From Camelus ferus (lineage: Eukaryota): 64,000 bases of DNA. How positions within the stretch are numbered: the stretch's first letter is position 1; every line of letters starts with the position of its first letter. Under the pieces are notes generated by a model. That model saw only the letters and a program-made list of their open reading frames with translations. It had not been told where the DNA came from and ran no database searches. Below, piece after piece: positions 37,690-50,238 of the stretch. The position numbers were made by a program, and so were the translations under genes. The stretch covers positions 76,262,001-76,326,000 of the forward strand of contig NC_045697.1 of NCBI RefSeq assembly GCF_009834535.1, in the 5' to 3' direction.

Positions 37690-38060
37690 AGATACCTCAA
37701 AATGTAATGACTCAAACAGGACAGAAATCGATTTATCTCATACATCCAGCAAGTACATGCCTCTGTTCCAAAGAGTCCTCGGGGATGGACGAGAGTGGGG
37801 TGGTTCCTCAGGATCACTGCAGCTGTTCCCACTTCTAGCGGGAGGATGAGGAGAGCCCGAGGCGTGCTCCCCCACTCTCCCTATGTCCTGACCTAGAAGT
37901 GACACCTAATTTTGATTCATAGTCCATTGAAGATAATTTAGTCTGGCCACACCTGGTTACAAGAAAGACAAGGAAATGCAGTCTGGCTCAGCAGTCATGT
38001 ATTCAGCCGTTTCTCTGCTGTGGGAAAGGGGGAAAAGATGTTAGCGCTGGCACTGGTATC
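37690..38060 (-). mobile_element. MLT1-like LTR
   Basis: 'cctagaagtgacac...tccattg...tggccacacctggttacaag...ggaaatgcagtct'. Confidence 0.6.
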
Positions 38061-38149
38061 ATATTTATAGATGCTTAGGCTTCTTTGAAATCTGAACTAA
38101 GCTAAACTTATCAAGTCTTGGGGCAGCTTGCAGTCTCTACCAGCTATCA

Positions 38150-38295
38150 ACCGTATTTTACTATTGAGGCAAATAAGATTCAGCGAGTTTAAATAACTAG
38201 CCCAGTGTCACATACCGACTAGGTAGAGGCAGTTGGGATTCAAACCAGGCATTTTGAGGCTCAAAGCTGAGCATTTAAGTATCATCTGTACTGAC
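38150..38295 (-). mobile_element. MIR SINE
   Basis: 'gtttaaataactagcccagtgtcaca...ggcagttgggattcaaaccaggc'. Confidence 0.7.
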
Positions 38296-39019
38296 TCTAT
38301 CCTGACAACTATATTGAATAATTAATTCATTGGCAAGTCACTGTCCTTTAAATGGATCTCTGTTATGGGGATTCTACTTAGCTCTGCTGGAAGAAAGAGG
38401 TAATCAGGACTTTTCCATGAGGGGAATAGTGGAGGTGAGTCCTACAGTTCCCACTCTCTGCCTTGAGGAGGCTAAAAGTCTGCAGAGTGATGATCATGTC
38501 CTCAGAAGTGAGGTTTCTGCGGTACAGGTAAAACCTCTGGATTTTCGTGGTTATGAGGATAATAAGTAACAAAGAAAGGTATTGCTTTAAGTCATCTCTA
38601 ATTAGGTGTTTTGGTTTAGCACACCCCAGTCAAGGATATTTTGAGCTGAAGCTTAAAAAAATGCTGCATCTTTAAGTACAACTCACCATTAATGCTTAGA
38701 TGAAAGGTGTTCTGAACCTGTGGGACCACTGTCCACCAGCTCAACTATGTAGCCCACAAAAATGACAGGCAAGTGGTTAATTTTATTCACGTTTCTATTC
38801 AGAGGGTTTTGGGAGGGAGGGGTAGCTGAGGTGTCACTGAGAGAGAGAAAAAATTTACGTGAAAGATCAATGTTATCCTTATTTAATTAAATGAATGCTG
38901 TTAATTCTGAGCCACAAAAATGAATGCTAATTTGTGTAACTCAGTATACATGTGACCAAAACAACTAATCACCCTCATTAATTCAGGCAAAGACTGTTCT
39001 CAAAATAGCAGCGTGAACT

Positions 39020-39175
39020 CCTGGCAAAGTTCTTAAGCCCTCTGCATCTGTAAAATGGGGATGCAAATATTTTTTTACTTACAGGTTTTGTCATGAGAAA
39101 TAGATGAGATAATTCATGTATCAACATTAGCATGTTAAATGGTGAGTGCTGAATAAATATTAGGGATTATGACAA
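39020..39175 (+). mobile_element. MIR SINE
   Basis: 'catctgtaaaatggggatg...atgagataattcatgt...gtgagtgctgaataaatatt'. Confidence 0.7.
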
Positions 39176-39354
39176 CGCTCCACATACTTCATTTCAAATG
39201 CTGGTTGGGGGTGGGGCTGTGGATAACTAATCTGTAAGATTATGAAAACCTAGTTCTGTGGAGGGAGCTTGTCCTCGCTTAACAACCTCATTTAAGGTAT
39301 TAACCAGAACTTTGCTAATGCCAGCTCTCAAAACCTTGTGATGAACTAAAGATT

Positions 39355-39625
39355 TCAGTTAAAGTCTTTTTTAATCTTCCCAGGCAAAAATACTCACTCT
39401 CCTCTCTGTGATCCCTTTGCTCTTTTGTTCATACTTCTATTCTTGCACTCAGCACATCGTGTCACAGATATTTATTTGCCTGTTTGGATTATTTGCAAAC
39501 TTCACTGGTGATCAGGTGATGTATGAAATCCTCTAGGTCAAGAACTGTATTTCCTGGCTCCTGGCATGGTACCCGGCATGAAGCAGGGTCTCCATGAATG
39601 TTTCTTTAATGAGTGGCTAAATGGC
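39355..39625 (+). mobile_element. L2 3' end
   Basis: 'tcctggcatggtacccggcatgaagcagggtctccatgaatgtttctttaatgagtgg'. Confidence 0.6.
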
Positions 39626-40419
39626 CTGGTGGAGGTTGCTAGCACTTTAGAAGAGGAGTCTGGAAATACACTGGGTTGTATTTTTCCTGGTTTGCCGGTA
39701 ATCAAGCCATTTCACACTCAGTTTCCTCATTTGAGAAATATTCCTTCCAATGTGGTTCCCTTGCAAAGATGCTGTGATAATTAATGAAACTCCTTGGAAA
39801 GGAGCGATGGTCTCTCTCCCTTTGAAGTTTGCTGTTACAAGAAGATCTTTATATACAAGGCTGTAAAAATTCTGTTCCCTTCCTGCCTTTTTCTTCCTCA
39901 AACCCAAAGGCCCAGGAGAGATTATCTGCCTATGAAACTTCCATTTGCTAAGTGTCAGTCTCCCTGGAGTATTACCTGCAGGGTACCAGGCCATCAATCC
40001 AAGCCTGCAGGCCTTCCCTCTTCACAAATCAGCTACTGTGCCTGCAGACTGGAAAACTCCCAACTGCTTGGGGCTTGTCAGCAGATGGCCCTGGGGAAGC
40101 ACTGGAGAGTCCCAGGTGCTCTTGACTGTCCTTTCCAAGGATGTCCACGTCTTCACTGGAGAACCACTCATGAGGGCTTGTCAGGAGCTCCGTACGAGGT
40201 GCTGGACCCTCTGTGAGGGCCTAATAACAGTGCACACCCTGGCAGGTGGTGAGTTATTACATCACAGTAGAGTGCCTTCAGTCAAACAGAAAGAGTGATG
40301 TATAGAGTGTATGCAGGTCAAGGGGTAGCTCAGGGACAAGATAAACTGTGGGGATGGGGTGCCCAAATCAGAGAAGGAGACTGTACCTGGGCCAGGTGTG
40401 GGGGACGGAGAGGGTGAAG

Positions 40420-40560
40420 TAGCTTTGTGAACTTGGACTTAACCTCCTGAGGCCACCATTTCCCTCATCTGTAAATTAGGTATAATAATGACTTGGGGTA
40501 GGTAAAATAGATAAATAAAATAATTTTGTAAATTAGAAGATGCTTTATAAATATTATTAC
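40420..40560 (+). mobile_element. MIR SINE
   Basis: 'cttaacctcctgaggcc...tccctcatctgtaaattaggtataataat'. Confidence 0.65.
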
Positions 40561-43500
40561 TTGTATCTTTCAACTGCTTTTCTAAAGGAAAGCAGTGAAG
40601 ATGTGGCATGTAAGACCCTCAAGGGCTGACATCAGTGTTGCCAATGTTTTACTCTTCCCGGCTTTGTCATCAAGAGCCCTCCCTGAGTGAGGACAGGGCA
40701 GCCCGGTGGGTGGGGATGGGTGAGAAGGCTGGGGACTGGGAGCCTGGGGTACGGCCTTTCCTTCTGGCGGAACCATCCAGGCTAGTTCACAAAGGAATTG
40801 TAATGGAAATGCAAAAGGATTAATGCACTAGATTTGGGTGAAGTCTAGTGTTCATAACCTGATTTGGAAAGTGGCAACATGTTTCTCCACGCACTTGGGC
40901 ATGACCCCATTTGAGTTGAACTTCTGCAAGCTGTTTGATTTCTAAAATCTCTAAGATCAAGGATATCACTTGCTGCACTCAGTTACTTCCTAGTCAACTT
41001 ATCTTCAGAGTTACAAAACATCTAGCCCCTTGACCCTGACATTTCCTCCAGCCCCTTTCTGACTTTACCTTTTCCATTATGCAGCAATCACTGTCTTGTC
41101 AATAGTCTCAACTCATTTGTCTCCTGTCTTTTCAAAGAACTTGCCCTTCAGCACCTCAGCCTGGATCTGTCCAACAATATTCTGCGTGTTGCTAGAGAAA
41201 ATCATGAGACTGTGAGAGTAGCGTTGCTCCAAATTCAGGGTTTCCAACCTCAGCTGCTGCCTGACGTTCTTCTGTAACGGGACCATATTTAAAAACATTA
41301 TTGGATGTATTTTTCCTTCCCAGTAGTTCCTGTTGCCACCCATCGAAGCCGGGGGTGTCCTTTCCTTCAAGGGGAAGGCAGTAGTAACCCTCCAGGAACA
41401 AAGGAGTCAGTGTTCAGCTTCTCCAAAATAGGCTCTTGAAGCTCATTTCAGGGAAAATAGATGTGAAAGCCAAGATTTTCATTTGCAAGAGCCAGGCTTT
41501 GTTGAGAGAAGAGAGGATTTGGGGTTCCAAGGAAACAAGATGGAGAACTAGAGCATAGTTGACAGATATAAGCATGGAGTGGGGAGGATGAATGGTACTC
41601 TCTGATGTTTGGTGGTTTCCTGTCACCCCAGAGGGCAACATGATGAAGCCAACAAAACAAAACAGAAACCTGCCCTGGGCTGGGTGACAAGAGGACCTGA
41701 TGAGAGGGCAGAGGACGGCAGGGAGTGAGACAGGGGTATGGCTGAGGGCTGAGTCGGGCAGGGGCGGAGGGTGAGGGAGGAAGAATGGAGGAGAGCTCCT
41801 GGGGAGATTTGGGAGTCCCGGAGAGGAGAGTTTACATAAACCTTCTCAAATGGGATTCTGAAAGAAGGCTGCTCCTGGGACAGTGGTCCTGGTAGCATGG
41901 AGTGGCCATGGTCAAGAAAAAAATGCCATATTTACGTAGAGGGGAGCCCTGGTAATGTCTGGGTGCCTCAGTTCCCTCCATGTGCATGGAAGACAACAAT
42001 GAGGTGCAGAGGGAACTGGAGCCAGGGTGTGAGGGACACTCCTATCCGGATGCTTATGTGTCCTTGTGGGGACTCCTCCTCTGCCTGGTTCTCCAGTGCT
42101 CAGGTTTTCTCCAGGTTTCCTCCCCTGTGGCCCTACATTCAGCTTGTGTCTCACATAGATCATTCTGCAATCTGTGTCTCCGAGTGGAAAGGACAGACCT
42201 TGCTTCATAATTTTACCCCCAGAACCTGGCTCATGATTGAAACTCAGAATATGTTACTCAGTCGAATGAATGAACTTTTGTGGGTCCTGCACTGAATTGA
42301 AATTTTGCAGCGTCTTCATCCCTTTCAAATAATACAGTGTCATATATCTTTGGCTTGCAGATATATCTTTACAAGATACGTCTGACTGGAAGTATCTCAG
42401 TACGTTTGTTGAGACATTATTATCCCATAGAATACTGTTTCATATTTTAGACAATAACTAGTGGATTTGCTATTTGGCAGAGAAAATTTAGGAATAAATA
42501 ATATAATTTTTGGAGTAATTTGATGTTAATTAGTGCAAAGCCTTTATCTCTGTGATAGTAGGTTTCTATCCCTCCCTAAAACTATCCATAGGTTACTTAT
42601 GGAAATCCCTAGGAGATGCCTTATTTGTGCCCGTGAATCAGGCTGTCAGATATTATCACATAATACCTACTCCACTCTCCTCTGCCTTTGGGTCCAAAGT
42701 GTCCACGTCTGTTGGCCCTGAAGCCATTTTGAAGCTCGCTGCTATGGCCGTTGCCCATGATGTGAATGGCAATGCCCATAACAAAGCCATTTAACTTTCC
42801 ATCTCTAGGTCATCAGAGTAATGCCAGCTCCTGCACAAAGGCAGAGAGAATGGATATCTCCATGATTCTGGGCCACATTTGATCACTGAGCTCCAAAGCC
42901 TATGGCCTCCCAGTTTTGCAAGCTCCCCGTTATCCTCTTTCGTGAAAAAAGACTTCATAGAGAAGATCAGGAATGAATACTACACCATCCCCTTCAAAAT
43001 CCTCTGGCCAAGCCCTCACAGAAACTCCTGTCCCCCTTTTCCAGCCATCAAACACTAACAGCAACCATGAAGCTCTAATGTCCAATAACAAGAGCAAAAA
43101 GATAAGTTGAATGCAGTGGGGAGTGGTGGTGGGAGGAAGAAAGAAGGGTACTACCTTCATTAGTAGGACTGAGCAGCCAGCTCTCCCAACCCCAGATGCT
43201 CTGCTTCAGAACGCTTTACAATGATGAAGTTTAGACTCGGTGCAAATTGGAGTTAATGCCTTCCTTACTAAACATGGGGGGAAATGGGAGTCAAAAGAGT
43301 GAAGAAGAAAAATAGATTAGGAAACATTCCCTTAAGAGATACTTTTGTTCTGCCGCTCCACAAGGAAGGAACACTGAAAGGACTCCTGGACGCTTACTCA
43401 CTGAAGATCTGCCTTCACAACTTCCCCATCCTGCTGCACCTTGAACCTTGTTGTCTGTCTTCCTAGAGATTTTCGCCACTGGTTTCACCATTTATCCTCC

Positions 43501-46500
43501 CATCACAGTCTGCTGTGTCTCTGAGACTTAACCCACCCTACCTGTCTGTTCGGCAGAGATTTGGCTGTGTCTGCTCAAGTGTCTGCCTCTTCTTTCTGCT
43601 CAGAATGGCCCTCCACCAGCAGGGCCTAAACTCCAGGCACCCCAAGCTAGACCCAGCCCCCAACCAGCCTCCTAATCTTATACTGAGATCCAGTAATTCC
43701 AGTCTTGTACTGGGAGTGAGAATAATGTTTTTGGATTATAGTTTTAATTTTGACGTTCAAAAGAAAACGGCATTTTGGAAATGGATGGTGATAATTGTTG
43801 CACAACACGGAACTGTACACTTAGAAGTGGTTAAAATGGTTTTTAAAATGACCAATGATTAAAATGAGTTAATTCTTTCAAATTCAGGATGTTTAAAATG
43901 AAAATTATAAACATTTACATAATTTTAAAGATTTTTTTGTAACTGCAAAGAAATAAGAAAAGAGAAATAGAAAGGTATTTGTAAAATCCTTCCAAATTAT
44001 TAAATGAATTGGGTCAAATGTACATCAAGTCCTTTTGCAGTATGCACTTGGATTTGCATAGACCACTTCTATTTTTATCTTCATGAATTTAATTAATTTT
44101 TCCTTGGTGGAGTCCTAGTGCCTGTCAAGAGAGAAAAGTTGTAGAAACAAAACAAGGCTTTGTGCATCCTTCACAAGGGCTGATTTGTTTTTGAAAGAAT
44201 TTCAAGGAAGTAAGGGATCTTAAAACTGGGTTTTATATAGTGTTTGGTTAAGCTTTCTCCTATCACTGAGGTCCCACTTTTAGCAAATGCATACGTAATT
44301 CTTATTAATATTGATGAATCTATGAGCAAAGGAGAATTGCAGATCATTTAGAAAAATCACAGGCTCCATATGATTCTCAGCTTATTCAAAGGCCTTGTTT
44401 CCAGTGGCCAAATACAAATTCTTCATTTACCACAAACCCCAAAATGTGGGAAGAAGATAGCTGAGTCAACAGGAAATAAAGGAGACAACTCTCAAACTCT
44501 GTGCAGGGAATTAAAATACTGCTGTTCCCACATACAGACATAGACAAGCCCTTGCTTTTAGGAGCTGAAGCCCACCCGGCTCTGACCAGCTTGGGCAGCG
44601 CGCAGGGACACGGCGGGATTGCTATAGAAGAAGTTTATTTTCAGTGACTAAAGAGTATAAAATATTACTCTAGCATACTATTCGCACCAGCCTCTTCGAA
44701 ATAAAAACAACACTGGTGTGTAGTTTTGGTTTTTCATACATATGAATTCCCGCCAAAGAAATCATAATCTCACCTCCCAATCAAGCAGATGACCCCATGC
44801 TGAAGCTCTGTCTGAGGCGCTGCAGGCCCTTAAACGACCGCTCACTTGTCGTTCTCAAGCCTCTGGGAGGGGTTACAGGATGATTATTCGTTACAGATTC
44901 AGACACAAAACCACAGAGGTTAAGTGATTTGCCTGAAGGTCAGCAAAATCTGCTTCTCCCGGGGCAGAGCAGAGTTGTTAGAATTTTTCCAGAGTTCTAC
45001 ACTAATGCGTATGTTGTTCCGGGAGCTCTTCCTATGCAGAATTCAGTTCCCAGTCTTGAGAGTTCAGTGCCATCGCTGTTCTAATAAGGCACTTTCCTGA
45101 GTCAGATTCTTCTTTTGCTGAGATCCTGCTTGACTGCATTTCAGACAGTTTTACACAGTGGCGAAGACTGCCTACCTCCCCACCGCGCCTCACTGGGTGT
45201 GCCTGGCATTCACCCTTCATTTCCTTGTTTAGCTTAATTTTTAAAATTTCTGCAGCCTTTCACCAACCTAATAGAAACTATAATACCTCATTAGCAAAGG
45301 GTTCGACAGTGTCATCCCGAGGCATAGTGACTTCAGGCGAGGAAGAAGTAGCAGGCAGGGTGAATGCTAAAGACAAGGGGCGTCCATGCTGTGTGTTACT
45401 GTAGTAATGTTCTTAGTTGTGAGATGTGGGCAGGGGAAAAATTCTAACAGGAAACCCACACACAAGCTTATTAGAAAAGAGATACATTGCACTTAGGTAA
45501 CCCACCTCCTGATTGCCTTTACACCAATTAATAAGGAGAATGAGCTTAAGGACATTTTTCTTCAAACCTGTGGATTGAATGACTTAAGGATGAATACACT
45601 AGAATGTCATTCAGTGAGACAGTGGGATTCATGCTTCTGCAGAAATCTGGTACCTCAAAAGCTTGGGTTAGAACCTACATATATGAGGTCTGTCGGACTC
45701 TAATATTCATCTTGTCAGATAACAATGATTTATTTAGCTCCTATAATGTGCAATATGGATTTACAAGGCTTTTGACATTCCAAAGATTAACTGATTGAAA
45801 AAATTATCCTGAGAGGAATCTGTGCCATCTATTCTGCTCCCGTGATCCTTTCAAAGATTGGCAAAAATGAGCTTACTTCTGTTTCTCCTGGGCTAGGAAT
45901 ACCATCAGTTCCAACGGCAGAGCAGCATTCTGCCATAATATCTAGCTGCCATCTTTAAAAGCAAAGAGATTTATATTAAAACATGCATGTGGGGAATTCC
46001 TAGACCTGTCATCTGTTCTTCCTGATTACTCCTGGCAGTAGACACATGTTGTCGTCCAAGAGCCAACTGCACCTGTGTGAGGAGAGTACACCTCACAAGT
46101 GAGTGCGGGTTGCTTCCTGAAGAAGGGATTGGGGGGGGGGGGTGTTAAAAAAAAAAAGAAAGGATGGCGCCCTGATAGACTCCTTTGAAAGACACTAACC
46201 CTTTTAGAACCTTGAGACCTCAACAGCAGATAAATATTTTTCCTAATAAGTTCCCAGAGGGAAAATGTTATGTATTTTACTTTCTTCAGGATCCAAACTC
46301 AGCTGCAGGCTAAACTCTCTCAAAAAGTTTCAAAAGAAAGGCAAGCCATAATGTGCAGGCATACCACCAAGCTCCTATAACTCTTCCAGTTGTGGGCCTT
46401 GAAACAGAGCACAGGGGGCCCAGAAGAAGAGGGACAGAGAGTTGGCAAGACCAGTGCCTGGCTGACTAGTCTTTTCTTCCAAGTCAACATGCTCTGGTTT

Positions 46501-49234
46501 ACTTTGCCACCCTATATTTAAGGGAGTTAAAAGAATAATACACAAATGGAAGGAAGTTGATAGTATTCGGATTTCATTCACTTAAAGATGGGTGAAGATA
46601 CTACCTATGCAAAATTATAGCTCGCATAAGATTTATAAGATGGCACACTGAATATTGTTCATACTTTATTTAAAAATCTTAATCTATGATCACAAGAAAC
46701 TTTAAATTGAATATACAAACCAACATTAATAATACTTTAATTTTAAAATACCAGCACTCTATATATATTATGAGAGCTGAATTCAGAAATGCCATTTCAA
46801 TGACTACATTATATTTCTCAAGTGAATGATAATACAGAAATAGGTCATGTAGAAATGGACAGAGTTCTCTGATTAAACTAAAAATGGGTTCGTCCAATGG
46901 TTATGCATAAGCAACCCCAGATTAACAAATTCCTATGCGAAAATTCAATATTATTAGAAAAATTATCAGAAAGTTAACCTAATAATAGTGAGGGAAAAGT
47001 AACTTACAGTTGTAACATGAAACCAAATAGTGTTCACTGGATATCTGCATGTTGATAGGGTAATAAATAACCTCTCTAGTGATATCAGAGTCACCAGTGA
47101 AATCCATTTACGCTTCTTTTGGTGTAATTTCAGATGGTACTTTGGGGTTGTTAAGGAGGCAAGACCAGGCATCCTGGTCCTCACCCTGTCACCCTCTGCT
47201 GCCTCTGCCCCCTGAGTTGTGTTTAGCTCCCTGTGGACTCGTGTTTTTGTGTGGGACAGCTGGGCATGGTTTCCTGCCTTCAAAATCTTGCCCTGACTAA
47301 ATTTGCCACCCCCCAAAATTGGGGAAGTTGGGCAGGGGAAGGGAAGAAAGAAGGTGCTCCAGATAAGAGAGAAGACATCAGCATGTAGCAACACGTGTGT
47401 TTGTGACACCTGAGTTTACACACAGCACACGACCACACGTTCACCTGAAGCAACCTGCCATGTGGCACAAACTCCCTTTATTTCTGTGAAATTGTACCGT
47501 TAAGGAGTATATGCTGCATTCCCTTTATCAAAGAGTGTGGGTGCCCTGGAATGGTAGGAAGAGGAGTCTCTCTTTTCCAGCCATATGCTCCCCTCAAATG
47601 GGGTGATGCCAGGCTGAAAGGAGAAAAGAGCTGGCATCCGTGGAGGATGCTTCAGCTCTGCGAGTGTCCTTGCTGGGTCCCTCCCTGGGCACACCATTTG
47701 GGAGGCTGAGATGAAGAGGGGTGCCTGCCCCACTGGGGCCCCCATGACCTCAGGCACAGCTCCATTGCTCTGTTTAACCTTCCCTTAAGCCCTGTTCAAG
47801 GGCTCCTCTGAGGGCCACTGGAAGGCAAGCCCACTGCAGAGATACAGGGTCCCACCTGCTACCTCTAGCCTTCCCTGGACTGGCCAGAGCTGGAGTGGGG
47901 GCCACGGAAACATCCAGACACCCAGTCATTGCCTTGCCTCCTGCCAAATGTGCCCGAGCCCCCAGCCCCCAGACTCTCCCCCTTTGTGACTCTCACTGCT
48001 CTGTCACCCCTTTATTCACTTCCTATATTTTCACTCAGGTGTGTTTTCTTTCTGAGGCATATTTTGCATGGAAGAGTGCTTTCAGTGAGCTGAGGGCCTA
48101 ATTGCCAAATCATGGTTGCCAAAACATGTTACTTTGGCTTCAAGCTAGTACAAAGCAGGAGGCGTTTTCCCCTCTGGGAGAAGAAAGGCTTCTGCAGCAG
48201 CCCACGGGCCATTTGCAAACACAAGGGGCTGAGGCCTCCATGGACCTTCCTCCAGCCAGTGAAGGTGACTCCACTCCCGTCACCCCCTCACTCGAGGCAG
48301 CCTCTGTGGCAGGGGCCCTCAGGTGGCTGGCAGCTCCGGGGGGAGCAGCGCGGGCCAGTGAGGGGGCCTGGGCTGCCTGAGACTTGCCCACCCCTCCTGC
48401 CTGCCCTGGGCCGCTGGGCCGCCACCACGTGGGTTCCTGCCCCTCATCCCACAGGACGCATCTGCCGGATCACTGCAGACACGCCGCCCAGCAAGCACCG
48501 GAATTCCAAATCCAGACAGATCTGGGCCCCGGGGGAAGCTGGATGGAACCGATCAGTATGAGATATATCGCTGCTAATTAAGTCCTGATCCCCTGGCTCC
48601 ACTTGAAATAAATCAGGGAGGGAATCAAGTTTTGAGAGCAGGTGCTAACTGGTTGCAAAAGACCAGTCCGTCACTTCAGGAAAAGGTTTTGCAGGTAGCT
48701 CTCCGAGCCCTGGCTCTGGGAGCCCAGGCTTTGCCGAGAAAATTCACAACTGGACAGAACCCGGGGCTCCTGTTTGCCTTAGGACACCAGGAGCGGGTAA
48801 GAACCCTCCCTTGCTGTAACAAAGAACTATTTTCCCATCCTGTTTGCCTCTTGATAGCTGACTGACTTTCTCCTCGCATGGACAATGGCATAATTTAGAG
48901 GCAAGTAAACACTCTCCTGGAGATGCCAGCGGCAGTTTCTTTGCGGCGCAGACAATATGGTGTTTGTTGGGGCTCAAATGCCAGTCAGAATGGGCCCCAC
49001 ACAACCTCCCACACGGCTCGCTCCTTTCCCAGACTGTTTAAGAAAAAACATTCTAAGCACAAATGTGTAAATAAACTTAATTGCGAATATTTACTTGAAG
49101 ACAGCCCGAGAGTTCTATGAGTATTGTGTGCGTGTGAAGAGGGAATAGGGTTGAGTATTAAGGATCTGGACGAATACGCTAACATTTTTCCTTCTTCAGA
49201 AACTTTGCCCATACTCTCGAAATCTTGGTTTTAA

Positions 49235-49420
49235 ATAATGGCTAGCATGGACTGTGTGCACTTCTGTGTGCCAGGGGCTCTGCCAAGTGCTTCACTCACA
49301 TAACCGTTTAATCTTTACAGAGACCGTATGCGGCAGGTGTGGCTTAGAAGGGTTGAATAACACATCTAGTAAATGACCAGCCAAAGATCTGAATTCCATC
49401 AGAGCCTGTATTTTCTAGTT
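49235..49420 (-). mobile_element. MIR SINE
   Basis: 'gcacttctgtgtgccaggggctctgccaagtgcttcac...tttaatctttacag'. Confidence 0.65.
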
Positions 49421-50065
49421 GCTAGATGCTATTTATCCTGTCTCCCAATCTTTGGATTCTGCACAGAAATAGCAAAATACCGTGCACACTGTGAGTGCCC
49501 AACAAATACAGTCAGTGAGTGAAAGAACGCATGAGTCTCAGGTAATATTAAGGATTAGCCCCATTTTCATATTATAACAGTAACCTGGGAAATTGTTCCT
49601 ATTCTGTGTTAAGTCTAACAGTCTGGAGAGCTCATATTTGGGGGACAATATTTGTATTGAATGAAAAACTGTGTTCTGAGGGTCTTCCTTTGATCTGCGT
49701 GAAGAATGTTCTTAATCCTGACAGCATTGGACCTACACTGGCACTTTCTGATGAAGCTGCAGGCAAGTTGGCTGAAGTTGCTGGCATTGACTCCGGGAAT
49801 CATTATCAACATAATTTCCTTTTTCTTATGACATGTAATCCCTTTCCTAGCCTCACACCCCAGTCTTCCGACTCCTCTTGATATTGGGAGCCTGCTGCTT
49901 TGAGTCATGCATCTAACCTCTGAGCTCAGGCTTTCTCCGGAATGTGTTCTGTGTTTATTGCACTATTTATTAGTTTTGTAGCAACAGAGCAGAGAGCTTC
50001 CACGGTGTCTTTGGATTGTGCTCACCGTTCAGCCCCTTACAAAGAGTGGTTTGGTTTCTTGTTAG

Positions 50066-50238
50066 CACGTGAGCTAACTTGAAAGATCATTTAGAGTTAA
50101 AGCATGGCCGTTTATGAGAAACACTGCTTTATGACTGTTTATGAAAAGAAAATTATTTCACCTGATGGTGCTCGGAGATACTCTGAGATGAGAAGGGGCT
50201 GAGCTCCACAATTAAAGCACAGAACTGAAAATGCTAAG
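50066..50238 (+). other. Candidate exon (non-coding or short N-terminal)
   Basis: Acceptor 'tttggtttcttgttag|' at 50065 and consensus donor AAG|gtgagt at 50238/50239; ends ATG CTA AG. Confidence 0.3.

Noticed and set aside
41147..41170. REST/NRSE half-site TTCAGCACC
   Set aside because: The right half (GGACAG) is absent at canonical spacing.
48102..48581. Multiple overlapping ORFs up to 149 aa
   Set aside because: GC-rich patch with few stop codons in all frames; no recognisable homology or clear splice structure.
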